A stretch of DNA of 64,000 bases from Hyphochytrium catenoides. Taxonomy: Eukaryota > Protista > Hyphochytriomycota. The DNA is taken from contig FLMG01000120.1 of assembly GCA_900088475.1 (NCBI GenBank), positions 1 through 64,000 of the forward strand, read 5' to 3'. Positions within the stretch are counted from its first letter, which is position 1. Each line of letters starts with the position of its first letter. The notes under the pieces were generated by a model. That model was not told the origin of the DNA, searched no databases, and worked only from the letters and a program-made list of their open reading frames with translations. This document shows positions 25,173 through 36,977 of this stretch, in pieces. The position numbers and the translations under genes are program-made.

Positions 25173-25711
25173 GCACAGCAGTCGTCCTCGCAGCCAGCGG
25201 CAAATAAATACTTTCTGCGGTCACTGCCCTTGTTACACTTGCTCTCTCCTGGGACCGACGATCTTCTGCTGGCTGGGTGGATGCGCGTGAATTATTCTGC
25301 CTATCTACTCTTCTCCTATGAAGCTTCTCAGAGAAGATAGAGGCGAAGCATGACAGCCGTGAGACAGGACACAGGGGAAGGAGAAGGTAAGTGTGTGTGT
25401 GAGAGAAGAGAGAAGAGAGGAGAGAGGGAGAGAGAGACAGACGGAGAGATTAGATGTAATCAGATGCTGATGCAGACGACCCGGATCTTCTGAAAGAGCA
25501 CGATTAGGTCCTGACAGGCCACACCAGCCTACTCTTCAGTGTCACTCGCTTGAGACGAGCGAGTTAGGGAAAATGGACGGATTCCTGGGTCGGGCTGCAG
25601 AGAGAGAGGATAGAGAAGAGTGAGTGACTTCTGGGAGATGTAGGTGGATAGCGAATGGGTGATGACGCGAGACAGACGATGGAAGAACGCGATGGGAGAG
25701 ACGATCGAGTG

Positions 25712-25715
<4 letters not shown>

Positions 25716-25766
<51 letters not shown>
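25716..25766. repeat. (AG)n microsatellite, about 25 units
   Basis: Perfect dinucleotide run. Confidence 0.95.
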
Positions 25767-25770
<4 letters not shown>

Positions 25771-26273
25771 AAGAGCGATCAAAGGACATTGGGGCCACCT
25801 GCGGTCTCCCATATCTGTACGAACCCCACATGACGTGCGCTGTTGTAGTACGAATACAGCTCTGTCGTTCGGAGATACAGACCCCAACCAAGAGGACCAC
25901 TCAACCTTCAAAAGCCAATCCGTAGAATGACACTTCACGAGGTCCCTTGATAGAGGTTATCTGTGGCTTCCTCCCTCCAAACCGGCAGCGGCTGTGTGGT
26001 CCTTTCGTATCTCTCACTCATCACTCTGAAATGATAGTTTGCGGCAGCTGAGGAGGCAGCTCAGAAGTGCAAGGAGAGAAGCTTTAGGGATTCAAGACTC
26101 CCAGTTCATAGCCAGCGTCGGGCGGGCGGCGGCAGCAACACTATTGGAGGGCACTTTCGCGGAAGTGAAGTCCATTCTCAGCAGCTCTTCAGGAGGCCAA
26201 CACTGGCTGTTCAAAAGTAGCTCTCATAGCAGCAGAAATTTGCCGCCTGGGCTTAGGTTATCGTTGTATAGCG

Positions 26274-27278
26274 ATGGTCACCGCGGAGTCCCTGCATCTC
26301 CGTACTCCGCTGGTTATCAGCCCAACACTATCTCAAGAACTAGGCCGAGATGTCTTCCTGAAGCTTGAGAATCTCCAGCCTAGCGGCTCCTTCAAAATGA
26401 GAGGCATTGGCTTCATGTGTTCGCGGGCCAAGGCTCGAGGATGCACGACATTGGTTAGTAGCAGCGGAGGCAATGCAGGTGCCGCCGTTGCGGTAGCTGG
26501 GCAGCGGCTAGGGATGAAAGCGGTTGTTATCGTACCGCAAACGACCCCTGAGTTTATGCGGCAGAGATTAGTAACGTTAGGCGCTGAGGTTGTTGTCCAT
26601 GGATCTGTTTGGGATGAAGCCGACCTTTTGGCCAAGGAGAAAGCGTCAAGTCCCTCTACCGCGTACATCCCACCCTTTGACCATGCGGATATTTGGACTG
26701 GTCACGCTAGCATGATCACTGAGCTGCAGGAGGATCTACAAGCGCGTCTAGGTGCCGAGGAGACTGCGGTTCCAGCAGCAGTCATTGTGGCAGTCGGGGG
26801 CGGTGGATTGCTATGCGGAGTTTGTGAAGGGATGGAGGAGGTTGGTTGGCAGACAGTCCCAGTAATTGCGGCCGAAACGGAGGGAGCAGCAAGCTTCGCA
26901 GCTGCTTTGAACGCTGGCACCTTAGTCACAATCCCAGGCATCAACTCCATTTCTAAGTCTTTAGGTGCCACGCGTGTAGCGGCAAAGTGTCTGGACTATG
27001 TGAATCGCCGCCCCATCTTCTCACAGACGGTGACGGACCAAGAGGCCATGGAAGCTTGTTATCACTTTGCAGTCGAACATCGAATGCTTGTGGAGCCTGC
27101 TTGTGGTACAGCGGTTGCGGTGGTTCGATCGAAAGCAAAGGCCCTGCAAAAACACCTCTCGGGTCCAGGGCCTGTTGTAGTGGTGATTTGCGGTGGGAAT
27201 ATGATGAGTCCAGCGCTTTTGGCTTCGTTGATGAGCTCCACAGGAGCAAATGGTGTTGACGTGGTAGCGTCTTCATAG
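26274..27278 (+). CDS. SDS: PLP-dependent L-serine dehydratase/threonine deaminase (SDS/CHA1 type), intronless
   Basis: LKLENLQPSGSFKMRG (PLP lysine), SSSGGNAG, YIPPFDH..IW.GH, AVGGGGLLCG, LVEPACG, VICGG. Confidence 0.93.
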   Translation: MVTAESLHLRTPLVISPTLSQELGRDVFLKLENLQPSGSFKMRGIGFMCSRAKARGCTTLVSSSGGNAGAAVAVAGQRLGMKAVVIVPQTTPEFMRQRLVTLGAEVVVHGSVWDEADLLAKEKASSPSTAYIPPFDHADIWTGHASMITELQEDLQARLGAEETAVPAAVIVAVGGGGLLCGVCEGMEEVGWQTVPVIAAETEGAASFAAALNAGTLVTIPGINSISKSLGATRVAAKCLDYVNRRPIFSQTVTDQEAMEACYHFAVEHRMLVEPACGTAVAVVRSKAKALQKHLSGPGPVVVVICGGNMMSPALLASLMSSTGANGVDVVASS

Positions 27279-28311
27279 GCTGGGTGCTGGCAACTGTGCA
27301 GTCCCTGATTATAAGTGTCGGGCCGGCCTTTAGTGCGTCCTCGGGGTGGTCTTATAGAGGCAGTAACAGCGATTGAGCCTCGAGATAGACTCGTACCATT
27401 ACCAGTTATGGAGCATATTTATGGTCACTCCTATAGCGGAAGTGTCACTAGTATTAAACTTACATCTTAGAAGCGCCTGCCCCTCCCGTGGAGCGCTCAA
27501 CCATCTGGGCTTAGTAGTTCAAGGCATTTCCTACGCCACTTGAGGAGAAATGTTGCCATCCCTAGTCTTACTAGTCCTAGTGTCTCCTACCCCAGTTGGT
27601 TTCAAACTGTTGTCCTTCAGATATAGGTAGGCATCATACGTGGCTATCGTAAGCTTGGTGGATTGTCTGTTTACCTCCCCATACCGGCGATCGTGCATGA
27701 GGAACCACTTTGGTTAGGCGAAAGCGCCGCTTCTGGATATCGAACTCTCCCGCAAAGTCCCGGGAGTTCTTCCGCGTCCGGCTCCAGCTTGCCGCCAATG
27801 GCGCCGCTGGAGGAGGAAGAGCTGCCCTGAGGTTCCGCTCACCCAGCCCGCGGGCCGGCCGAAGAGTGAAGAGTAACACCAGCACCACCACAATAACGGT
27901 AGTAGAGGCGCTAACGGATAGTGCTGTGGTTCTGACCCTCGTGAGGAATCTGTACCGGGGTAAGCCCATTGTTTACATCCACTGTCCCCTGTAGGCAAGC
28001 TGTGAGCATTGAGGACAGCCAAACGCCATGACAGGCAGCGACACAGCGGCAGACACAGCGGCAGACACAGCGGCAGCAGCGGCGGCCGAGGAAGGAAAGC
28101 GATAGGGAAAGAAAGCGTCAAACCTTGGTCAGGAGGCGAGCCGGCTCCCGCTCTGTCAGCTATAGAGACAGTATTTGGCTTGGGAAGGACCTTCAAGAAT
28201 GGCACGCCGCGAGGAGGAGCAGCCGTAACCAGCGTCTCTGGGAAAGAGGGAAAAGCTCTGCAGCGTCTCTCCGTTCAACTTTGTCTTCTTAGGCTTCGGA
28301 CATTTATAAGG

Positions 28312-31300
28312 ATGATCAGTGAGGCTGAAGTCTCTAGTCAACTGCCCATGGACGCTTTTGAGGCAAAGAAGGCCTCCTATGAGCCACCGCATGACGGGCT
28401 GTTAGGAAGTCATGAAGCCGAATACTTACGCCAAATTGGTTCCCTACAAGCCGAGAATGAGTTTTTGAAAGGTAGCCAACATAAGGAAGAAGATTATGCA
28501 CCTCCTTCTCCTCCTAAATCTCTCTTCTCTAGAATATGCACAAAGGCTTCAGGGGGAGCTTCGGCGGTCCCAGCTGCAGGGTCAGTCCAGGAAGCAGGCT
28601 GGGGTGTCCGGACCAGAAGCTGATTCCAAAAGTCCAAGTTTAGGCCTCACGAAAGACCCCGTCACGGATGTTGATCAGGCTGATGGCGCTGTCAGACCAT
28701 GGTTCCAGAGCGCAGATTTTATGAATCCTCTTCTCTTCGCCTATGATGCCCGGATCTCAGAGCTGGTAACACGAAGTTGCAATGGTCTTCGCTCTTTGAT
28801 GCTCAACCCCTGACTGCCATGCTTTTCTTATAGGAGGATGCTTGTCTGAAAGCACAAATTGATACCAAGTCCCAGGCCGTCAGAGTGGAGCAGCTTATCA
28901 AGCAGAACGAGCAGCTTAGGCGGTAGGTGCATGACTCTATGGACGGAGAGATGCACCTCTGACATTTTCATTAGAGAGTTAAAGGAAAGCCTTGAAAAGA
29001 GCGTCAAGGCGGATGGGGCTGGAGCGCTAACTTCAAAGCTCGAAGCTGACCCTCAGCTTGGCAACCTGGAGGTCTCAGATCTGAATGAGCGACTGAATGT
29101 TCTGTTAATGGTAGGAAAGTAGCGCTAGACGTAAGGCAACTAGCACGTCTCAGAGGCACTAACTCTTGGATTAGGAGAATAACCTGTTGTTGGAGCAAAT
29201 TGCAGCCCATGAGACGGAGGAGGAGAACATGCGGAAGGAGCTGGAGGAGCGAGAGGGACAGCTAATCAGAATGGCTCAGAACGTTGATCAGGTAACGTGG
29301 GCAGTACACGCTCAAGCACAAATAAGAACAGCACTAAGGATGTGATTCACAGGCTGCAATGAGCCTCCAGCAGATGCGGACGACTCATGAGGCTGCGCTT
29401 AGAGACAAGCAACAATGCGAACAGAAGCTGCAGGAGCTTTGCTTGACTCAGGCGTCTCTTGAGGTCGAGCGTGACCGCCTGAGGGAGTCAGTGGAGGCGG
29501 AGAAGAAGAAGGCTCAGACTCTGAAGGTTCGCTAATTCAGACTGTGCCTAATCGTGACAGACACCTTCTTATGCCCTTGGCTCTTTCCTGCAGATTGAGC
29601 TAGAGGATTTGGAGGAGAACACCAAGCAGCTGCGCCAACAACAAGAGAGTGAGATGGCGGTGGCGCTGGAGCATCAAAGGGTTCTCTCCCGGAAACTGTG
29701 TGAGCAAAAGTCTCAGTTGCTTCTAAGGGACAAGGAAGTCCAAGATCTCAAGGTACATCCCATCGCCGCATGTTTGGGAAGGGATCAGACGCTGACAAGG
29801 AGGGTATCGTTGTGCTTTAGGGCTATGTACAGCAGCTCTCAAGTCAGTCTTCAGAAGCTAAGCGCGACTGTCAAAACATGCTGAAAATGCTATCTGAGCT
29901 GCAGTGTCAAGTAGAAGAGAAGACTGCCGCCGAACAGCGACAGATGAAGGTAATCTAAGCTAGACTTGGCCGCTCTCAATCGTGCGATATTCAAACTTGC
30001 TTTCCAGAGTATCCGAACGTTAGAAGAGAAGCTGCAGGAGTGCAGGCTTGAGAGAGATCAGGTAGATTCAGCTCTTTTTCTGGTATCTTGAACGCTATCG
30101 AGTCTAAGCACTCTACTAGCTTCGAAGCGCGGAGAATCACCTCAGAGCCTCAATTTCAGGGCTTGTCGCGGAGAGAGAGAAGGAAATAGCCGAAGTTGGA
30201 GAAAGAGCGCGCCTAGCTTGTGAAGAGTCCATCAAAAGGTAAAGCACGATGGATCTCCAAAGTCTTTAGGCAAAGAACCAAGTTTTACTTTTCCCTTCTT
30301 ATCTTTCGCAGCCTGTCACAAGTCATCGCGCAGCGAGATGAAGAGGTGCAAACGCTGACTTTACAGCTTTCCAAGGTCAAGACAGAACTGGTAAGCCAGA
30401 AGAACACTTATCATTTGTACAATGTCGGAAAAGCTAAGCGATAATTGACATGCTAGGAGAAGGCAACGAGGCAGATGAAGGCGCTAGAGGGCGAGCAAAA
30501 GCTGGCGTACGAGACGCTTCAAAAGGAAAGGGAGCACGCTAAGGTTCATTTCCTGGAGTTATCCCAGCGCATCGCCTCCGCAGAAGAAGAGCGAGACGCG
30601 GTAGGGTGTCACAACTTCATCATCTGTCATTTGTCTTCTTCTTCTAAGGTAGGGGCTCCCCAGGCTCAAGCTGAGGAGAAGCGAACCGCGGTAGAGTTTG
30701 CAGAGAAAGAGGCGGAAGTAGAGAGGATAAGAGCGGAGATGGCAAACAACCAGCGAAAAATGCAGGTAGGACAGACCGACACACCATTGAGACCAAAGGT
30801 GTATACCAGGACTGACCGAAGTCCTGGGCTGCTATCAGACGGAGCTTTTGGGTCGCGAGACTGAAGTGGAGCTCAGAAGGACAGAGATTCGACAGCTGCA
30901 GGCCGAAAAGGTTAGATAAGATTGAAAGGCGAACAGTGCATAAAGGTGTTCATCTTGTTGAGCTGCGCTAGGAACATCGGGAAAGGGAGCTTGAGGAGTT
31001 GAAGCTGCAGCTCCAACAGGGCAGGGACCAGTCACAGGCATCCTTGGCTTCTCTGCAGCTGGAGTCCAAATCAAAGATAAGCGATTTGACACAGCGACTC
31101 TCAGCAGCTGAACATAGCTTAGAAGCGGTAAGCCTTAACACATCGCCCGAAGGCTTCATAATACGTCCTCTCCCTCCTGACAGGACGACGTGTAGGCCCA
31201 GGACCGAGCTCTCCATCTGCAAAGCCTAAATAAGAAAACGATTGAAAGCTTGAAGGCCGACATGGAGCAAGTGGTGCAGGAGCTGCAGCAATCACTCGCC

Positions 31301-32073
31301 AACATGAGGGAGGAATGCAGTCGACTTAATCATCGAAACCAGGAGCTTTTGTCCCGTATCAGCTCTCTGACAGAGGAGTTAAGTTTTCACGAGCGAGAGC
31401 TTGCCGATGCAGAGGCAACCATTCAGGAGCAAGGGCAACAGCTAGCAAACCAAGAGGCCCGTGCGGTGCGTAGCCATCTCTCTCTCTCTCTCCAGATCTC
31501 CTCTTTCTTATGAACCTCTTTGTGGCTCCTCTCTTTGTCTTTCTCCCCCATTAGGTGGACCTCTCGACACAGCTAGGCGTTGCTTTCCATCGGCAACAGG
31601 AACTAGTGAGCAAAGAGCAGAGTGTTCAGGCTGCGCTGGACACTGAGAAGCTTAACCGAACTAGGGTGGAGAAAGAGCTAGAGGTGGGGCAATAGTTAGA
31701 GATTGTACAGAGACATTGATTAACGGAAGATATATCCATACACGCAGACCACTAGGACAGCGCTTGAGGAGACCCGCCGGAGTCTGATAGCCGCGCGAGC
31801 GCCATCTCACGTTGGGCTTGGAGGTAAGGAGGAAGTGGAGAGAGCCTTCATGAAGGATTGAGCAAGAATCGAAGGCCATCTGAGCTGATTTCTTGGTCAT
31901 CGAATGCAGGCGTCCCTGGAAGGTTAAACAGCTTCAATGACTTTTCAATAAGACAGCCCGAGCCGAGTCTTACACTCCTCACATCGGCGGGGCCCGACGG
32001 ACATCAGAGCTTCTCAATGCCCAGCTCTCTCCCACCACTCCTTCCTCTAAGTACGGTCCCCACAGCAGTGTGA
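28312..32073 (+). CDS. CEP89: CEP89-like coiled-coil centriolar protein, multi-exon
   Basis: PWFQSADFMNPLLFAYDARISEL and LNVLLM|ENNLLLEQI resemble the conserved CEP89 blocks (PW...Y/FLSPLL.AY and LVLEEN.LL.EQ). The rest is coiled coil with many short introns. Start and stop are approximate. Confidence 0.6.
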
Positions 32074-32188
32074 GGTCTATATAGAAGCATCGTGAATAAT
32101 AGATCATTGGGTTCCATGAGTGTAAAACCTTTGTCTCGGGTCCCTTCAGTTCGCCTTCGCCTTCTGCGCTGGCTCCTTCATACGGCGC

Positions 32189-33511
32189 TCAGCGCGCTGA
32201 GTCCGTCCTAAGTTTTGTTATGAGTCCTCTTGCGATCATCTCATTAAGGAGGTCCTCGCCGCTGTCTTGCGTGCTGCCCGCCTCTCCTGCACTGAATGCT
32301 GCTTGTGCTTCTTCCATGCTGACGATGACCGGTGCGTTCTCATAGTCTCCTCGCCCCAATAGAGCCGCGGTAAAACCAGTCACCTCAAGGTCAAAGCGGT
32401 CCTTTAGGAATCTAGAGAAGCTTGCCGCAGTTTTCTTTAATCGGGGATTGAGAGTCTGGCTAGCTTCAGCGTTTGAGGAATCCAAGATCTCATAAAGAGA
32501 TGAAAAGCACTGACGAAGAAAGTTTTCTTGCGAGAGTTCGTCTCGGAAAAAATCATCAGTGACTTGCTTGAGTTGCGCCTGCACCACCTGGAAGAAGCCC
32601 AAATAGAGTTGTGGATGCCGCAGCACTGCCTCATCACTGTTGCATAGCACATGTATCATTACTTTCCACTGCTGCAGAGACGGCAGAGAAGAAAGCAGCA
32701 AGAAGGTCACGAAAGCCAGCTGGAGCTCTCCCAGGAGCTCTCCATAGCTCCCTTTATACACTTCTGTCAATAGGTGCTCCAGCTTATCGCTCATGTCTCG
32801 ATGCAGAGCCGTAATATCTGCCGCAGAAAGCGGGCGAACGCCACAACTTTCCTGTGCCTTTAATGCCCAGGAAGTAAACTGAACCGTGCGTGGTAGATTG
32901 GAAAAGAAAGGAACAACATTTTGTGGGCTCTCTGTCACTCCCTGCTGCCTCGTGGGTCGTACTCCACCGCCAGTGCTCACCTCTTCACTATCCCCAGGAA
33001 GTAGCTTCATCCCAAGCTCTACGCCACAGCGCTGGAGGACTGTGAGGGAGACGCAGCTGGACAGCTCCCGCCAGGCAAACAAATCCTCAAGTGGATACGG
33101 GCCCAGTCTGCTGTCAAACTGATAGCCTCTCACAGCCGCTGCCAGTCGTTCATAGTCGACAGGCATCATGCCACCCGCCAAGTAACCAGGACGGCCATCC
33201 GGCAAGGGACTGCTGCTGTGAGGTTTGAAATCTTCTTCTTGTGGATCCCAGCGCCGCACAAGCACTTCGCCGGCGTTAAGCTTCAAAAAGAAGCCCTGAC
33301 GCAGCGAGTGTTCTCCGGTGCTATAGAAGACGAAGTGTAATCCCGGCGGGACCATCTTAACGCCCTGAAAAAGCGGCCCAGTGCGGAAAGCTCGATAATC
33401 TACCCCGAACTCTATGTTCTGAGGCACATCCAGGCAGAGGATGTACGCACCGGCGTTCACGAGATTCTTCGCTTCATCAGGTGTCACATTGAGCTGCTCC
33501 GGCAGTGACAT
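32189..33511 (-). CDS. AAR2: AAR2, U5 snRNP assembly factor, intronless
   Basis: EFGVDY..F.TGP.FQGVKMVPPGLHFVFYS, RQGFF, VRRWD..EED, FDSRLGPYP, LLGELQLAFVTFL, QWK..IHVLC, DFF.DELS.ENFL. Confidence 0.93.
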   Translation of the reverse strand: MSLPEQLNVTPDEAKNLVNAGAYILCLDVPQNIEFGVDYRAFRTGPLFQGVKMVPPGLHFVFYSTGEHSLRQGFFLKLNAGEVLVRRWDPQEEDFKPHSSSPLPDGRPGYLAGGMMPVDYERLAAAVRGYQFDSRLGPYPLEDLFAWRELSSCVSLTVLQRCGVELGMKLLPGDSEEVSTGGGVRPTRQQGVTESPQNVVPFFSNLPRTVQFTSWALKAQESCGVRPLSAADITALHRDMSDKLEHLLTEVYKGSYGELLGELQLAFVTFLLLSSLPSLQQWKVMIHVLCNSDEAVLRHPQLYLGFFQVVQAQLKQVTDDFFRDELSQENFLRQCFSSLYEILDSSNAEASQTLNPRLKKTAASFSRFLKDRFDLEVTGFTAALLGRGDYENAPVIVSMEEAQAAFSAGEAGSTQDSGEDLLNEMIARGLITKLRTDSAR

Positions 33512-35843
33512 TATTTTGACTGGGCTCTTGGGCTCACTTAAGAGCCGTCTATGGACGCTGCGTAGCTGTCAGCAAGAGGGAAAAGAAAAGCTACCTCGTC
33601 CACATGAAGAAAATCGCTAGACCTTTCTTATGTCTAGGCTGAGCGAAGGGTCTGGATACCAGCTCCGAGCGCCAACAACCTCTGCATTGCTCCTCATTAG
33701 CTGCCCTAACCTAGAGGGCGAGGCTGACAAACTTCCGGCGGGCTGTCAAGATGACTGGACCTCCAGACTCCAGACAGACTCCAGACAGAACCTCAGGCAT
33801 TCTGAAGCTCGAAGCCTACTGGAAGTCTTGGAAATCTTTCTTCGGAGGCTTCAAGGCTTCAGAAGCTTCGTCCGGCGCTGTGCGCTGTGGAGGGAGAAGA
33901 AACACCAGGATCTGACAGCATCAGAATCTCCGTTGTAGTTGTATTTGTAGTTCCTACCTTATAAGGCAGGCTCGTGCTATTATCAGCAACGGCGCTCGCC
34001 GTAGCTATGCCCGTTAGCGGTCTTTAAAGCGTCGCAGCTTCCAATGTGCACAGATGATGATGGAGCTCAATGGTGAGGAAGTTCCTATATAACTATGGCT
34101 AATGAACAACTGCAAGACAGACAACAGACTCTTTCTCCTTCTTCCCCTAATGATCCTGCCATCACTGGCATCATGACGCCGTCCCATGCGTAGTTCCATA
34201 TAGTTAGTAAGAGCGCAAGGAGGGGCCACAGCGACGCATTAAAGGTTACGAGGGAACTGAGGAGAAAGAGAAGAAAAGCAGAGAGACTAGAGCGTCGTGA
34301 AGAGGCTGTGCTTGTCCAGCAGCAGTAGACGAATCAGTCCGTCTTGTCATCTTTCTTCGACCATTACCCTGATAGATAGATGATACAGCGTACGACGGGC
34401 AATCCTTGTCGACCAAAGCCTGGATGATGTCCATCATCATCACGACTCAAGCGCCACACATGTCCTCTGAGAGACGGCTGGTACAACGCCACTACCTTTT
34501 ACTGCTGCTGCTTCTTTCATTTCTGCCTCTAATAAACCTTTGCAATCAAGCTGCTGATAGGACGCAAGCCTTTTCCCACTAGCACTACGCCTGTCATCCT
34601 TCTTTTCTTTCAGTGCTCCAGCTCGCTCATCCTATGCAGAGAGCAGCAGCAGCAAGCACTGAGAGTTGTCTTCTTCGTCCGACTACACTTTTGTACTACT
34701 CTCCTGCACTCCTTCCTCAAGCATGCGCGCGGCTGCTGCCTGTCGCCACGCTTCCTCCGATCCTACTCCTTCTACTTCCATGAATGAGGGATGCTGGATG
34801 CCCATGTAGTATCAGCACAACACCCTAACAAGCTAGACATGCCGTTATCCTGGCGTCACCTCTGCTGCTTCTTCCTTTCCCTTCATCCTCCAGGCCCTGG
34901 CGTTAGCAACAGCTGTGCCTGGACTTTCCACTCCTTCTAGCTCCTCTTCGTCTGTATGTAGCTTCTCCTTAGGCCTCCTGCTGCCTGTCGCTGCTGCTGA
35001 TCATAATCTGACTGGAGGGTGGTCACACAACAGATGAGCGCCTCCTATCAACACTTGCAGTATTCCCTGACGTTAGCGGCTCTTCAGAACACCTTTCAGA
35101 TGGAAGGGCAGTAGTTGAAGTCGTGCCAGCAGGACCAGGACGACCTTGCCTCCGTTCTCCTCCTCCTCCTTCCTCCATCGTCTCTCTCTCTCTTCCTCCT
35201 CTAGCAGCTTGCGTTCTTGGGACTAGGCCGCCTCTCATGCACGCCAGCATTACACCGCCATCCTCTTCTTCATCTCTGTGAGCAGCTCATCTCCCTCATG
35301 GAGCATGGAGGCCGAGAGCTGAGGGGAAGGGAAGGAGGACCGGGGCAACGAAGGGGAAGCTGAGGGAGGAGGGATTGGACGAACGGGAGATGCGCAGCAG
35401 AGATTGACAGAAGAGAAAGTAGAGACATGATGGTTTCCACTCGGAACGCCAGAGCATGAGCGGCAGCAGTTCTATTGGAGAAAAAGAGAGCGATTGATTA
35501 CGTGCTGCTCAGCCCCGGCCCTTGCCTAGAGACAGATAGACGCCTGCAGAGTGACGCAAACTTCTCGGTCTTGTTCACGAAGTGTGCTAGCACCTCACCC
35601 TCTACGAGCTCTAAGTGTCTCCTCGGTTTGGCGCTCTACTGAGGACATGGTGCTCTCTCTTTCTCTCTCCTTCCTTTCACTCTCTATCTGTCACTTTCTC
35701 TCTCACACCACTCTATAAATCCCGCTATGATCGGTGCCGACAGGCCGCTGGGCCTGTGGGGCTGAACCTCACAGTATCCAGCACAAGCTTTCGTCTACCC
35801 AGTAGGGTAATCAGCCAAGTAATCATCCCTTACCCCAGGGACG

Positions 35844-36893
35844 ATGATAAGGGTTGCGCCTCTCATAGAGCTCATTCTGACAGCGGCGCTTCTTCTGCTG
35901 CAGTGTCCTCAGGCCTTTGCCGCTTTCGTTTCTACACAGGCTAGAACGGTTGCCAAGTCTTTTCAAAAGCCTTACAGCGCCATAGGGGAGACGACTGTTA
36001 TCCGGACGGCAACCTCTACTAACTTCATTGCAAACACTCTTAAAGGCGTAGCGACAGCTACTAGCCTTCCTATCGAGTTTCAAGGCGGCGATCTACGGCC
36101 CGGAGTTACTCAGGTAGTGCTCATCTGGTACGGCGCCTATACTCCAGCTTCCGCAGCGGTGCCAATAGTGGAGAAATTTGTGCAGGACATATCTGGCTCG
36201 TCCTGGTGGACGATTGTCTCCACCTACATGGACGCCCAGCAGAACCCTCTCTCGATTACCTATACATTCCTTGCCTCTGTCTTTGACCGGTACTCGCAGG
36301 GCACGGCCCTAGACAGTGATGCTAAGGTTCAAGCAGTGGTGGTGTCAACGATGCAAGCCTTAGGAAGGATTCCGGACCGACAGACATTATACGTGGTGAT
36401 CACCTCTCCCGATGTCCGGGAACAGCAGCTTTGCATGCCAGTCACGGGCTATTGCGGCTATCACACAGTCTTTGCGATTGGCCAGGTCAATCTGACCTAC
36501 TCTCTTTTAGGTGATCCGACAGGGTGTGACGTCTGCTTTCCCCCGCAGCTGCAGCTGGAGCGAGGGCGAAAACCACCTCCCACGGCTACAGGCGTGCGTG
36601 CCGCCGATGGCATAATATTCACACTGGCTCACGAACTTATAGAGAACGCACTGGACCCTGTCCCGTTTTCAGCCTGGGTAGACGCGAAGGAGCAGGAAGC
36701 TGCTGATAAGTGTGCAGGAGTGTACGGGCGGGTTTCTAAGCCAGATGACGGAGCACCGTTTAACACTGAGGTCGGAGGACAGAAGCTGCTGCTGCAGGCT
36801 GTCTGGAGAGCAGATACTCAGAGCTGCGCCCTCTCCGCCGCTGCTCAAACGGCTCAGGAAGAAACCAACCTCGAAGCCACACTAGGGCCCTAA
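35844..36893 (+). CDS. Secreted PHI-1/EXORDIUM-like protein, intronless
   Basis: Hydrophobic signal peptide (LILTAALLLLQCPQAFA), then F.GG, VLIWYG, SWW..VSTY, YSQG..L, LYVVITSPDV, YCGYH, DG.IFTLAHELIE...DP, EAADKC..VYG, LLQAVW. Confidence 0.85.
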   Translation: MIRVAPLIELILTAALLLLQCPQAFAAFVSTQARTVAKSFQKPYSAIGETTVIRTATSTNFIANTLKGVATATSLPIEFQGGDLRPGVTQVVLIWYGAYTPASAAVPIVEKFVQDISGSSWWTIVSTYMDAQQNPLSITYTFLASVFDRYSQGTALDSDAKVQAVVVSTMQALGRIPDRQTLYVVITSPDVREQQLCMPVTGYCGYHTVFAIGQVNLTYSLLGDPTGCDVCFPPQLQLERGRKPPPTATGVRAADGIIFTLAHELIENALDPVPFSAWVDAKEQEAADKCAGVYGRVSKPDDGAPFNTEVGGQKLLLQAVWRADTQSCALSAAAQTAQEETNLEATLGP

Positions 36894-36977
36894 CAGGTCA
36901 TAGAGCCATTATTTACATTAATAAATTATAAGAGAACTTGTGACTATAGCATTACTTCTTAGGGCGTTGGCAGCTGA

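Noticed and set aside
24324-33511. Horizontal origin of PLAC8, SDS and AAR2 because they lack introns
   Set aside because: AAR2 and PLAC8 are eukaryotic families, so intron absence alone is not evidence of transfer.
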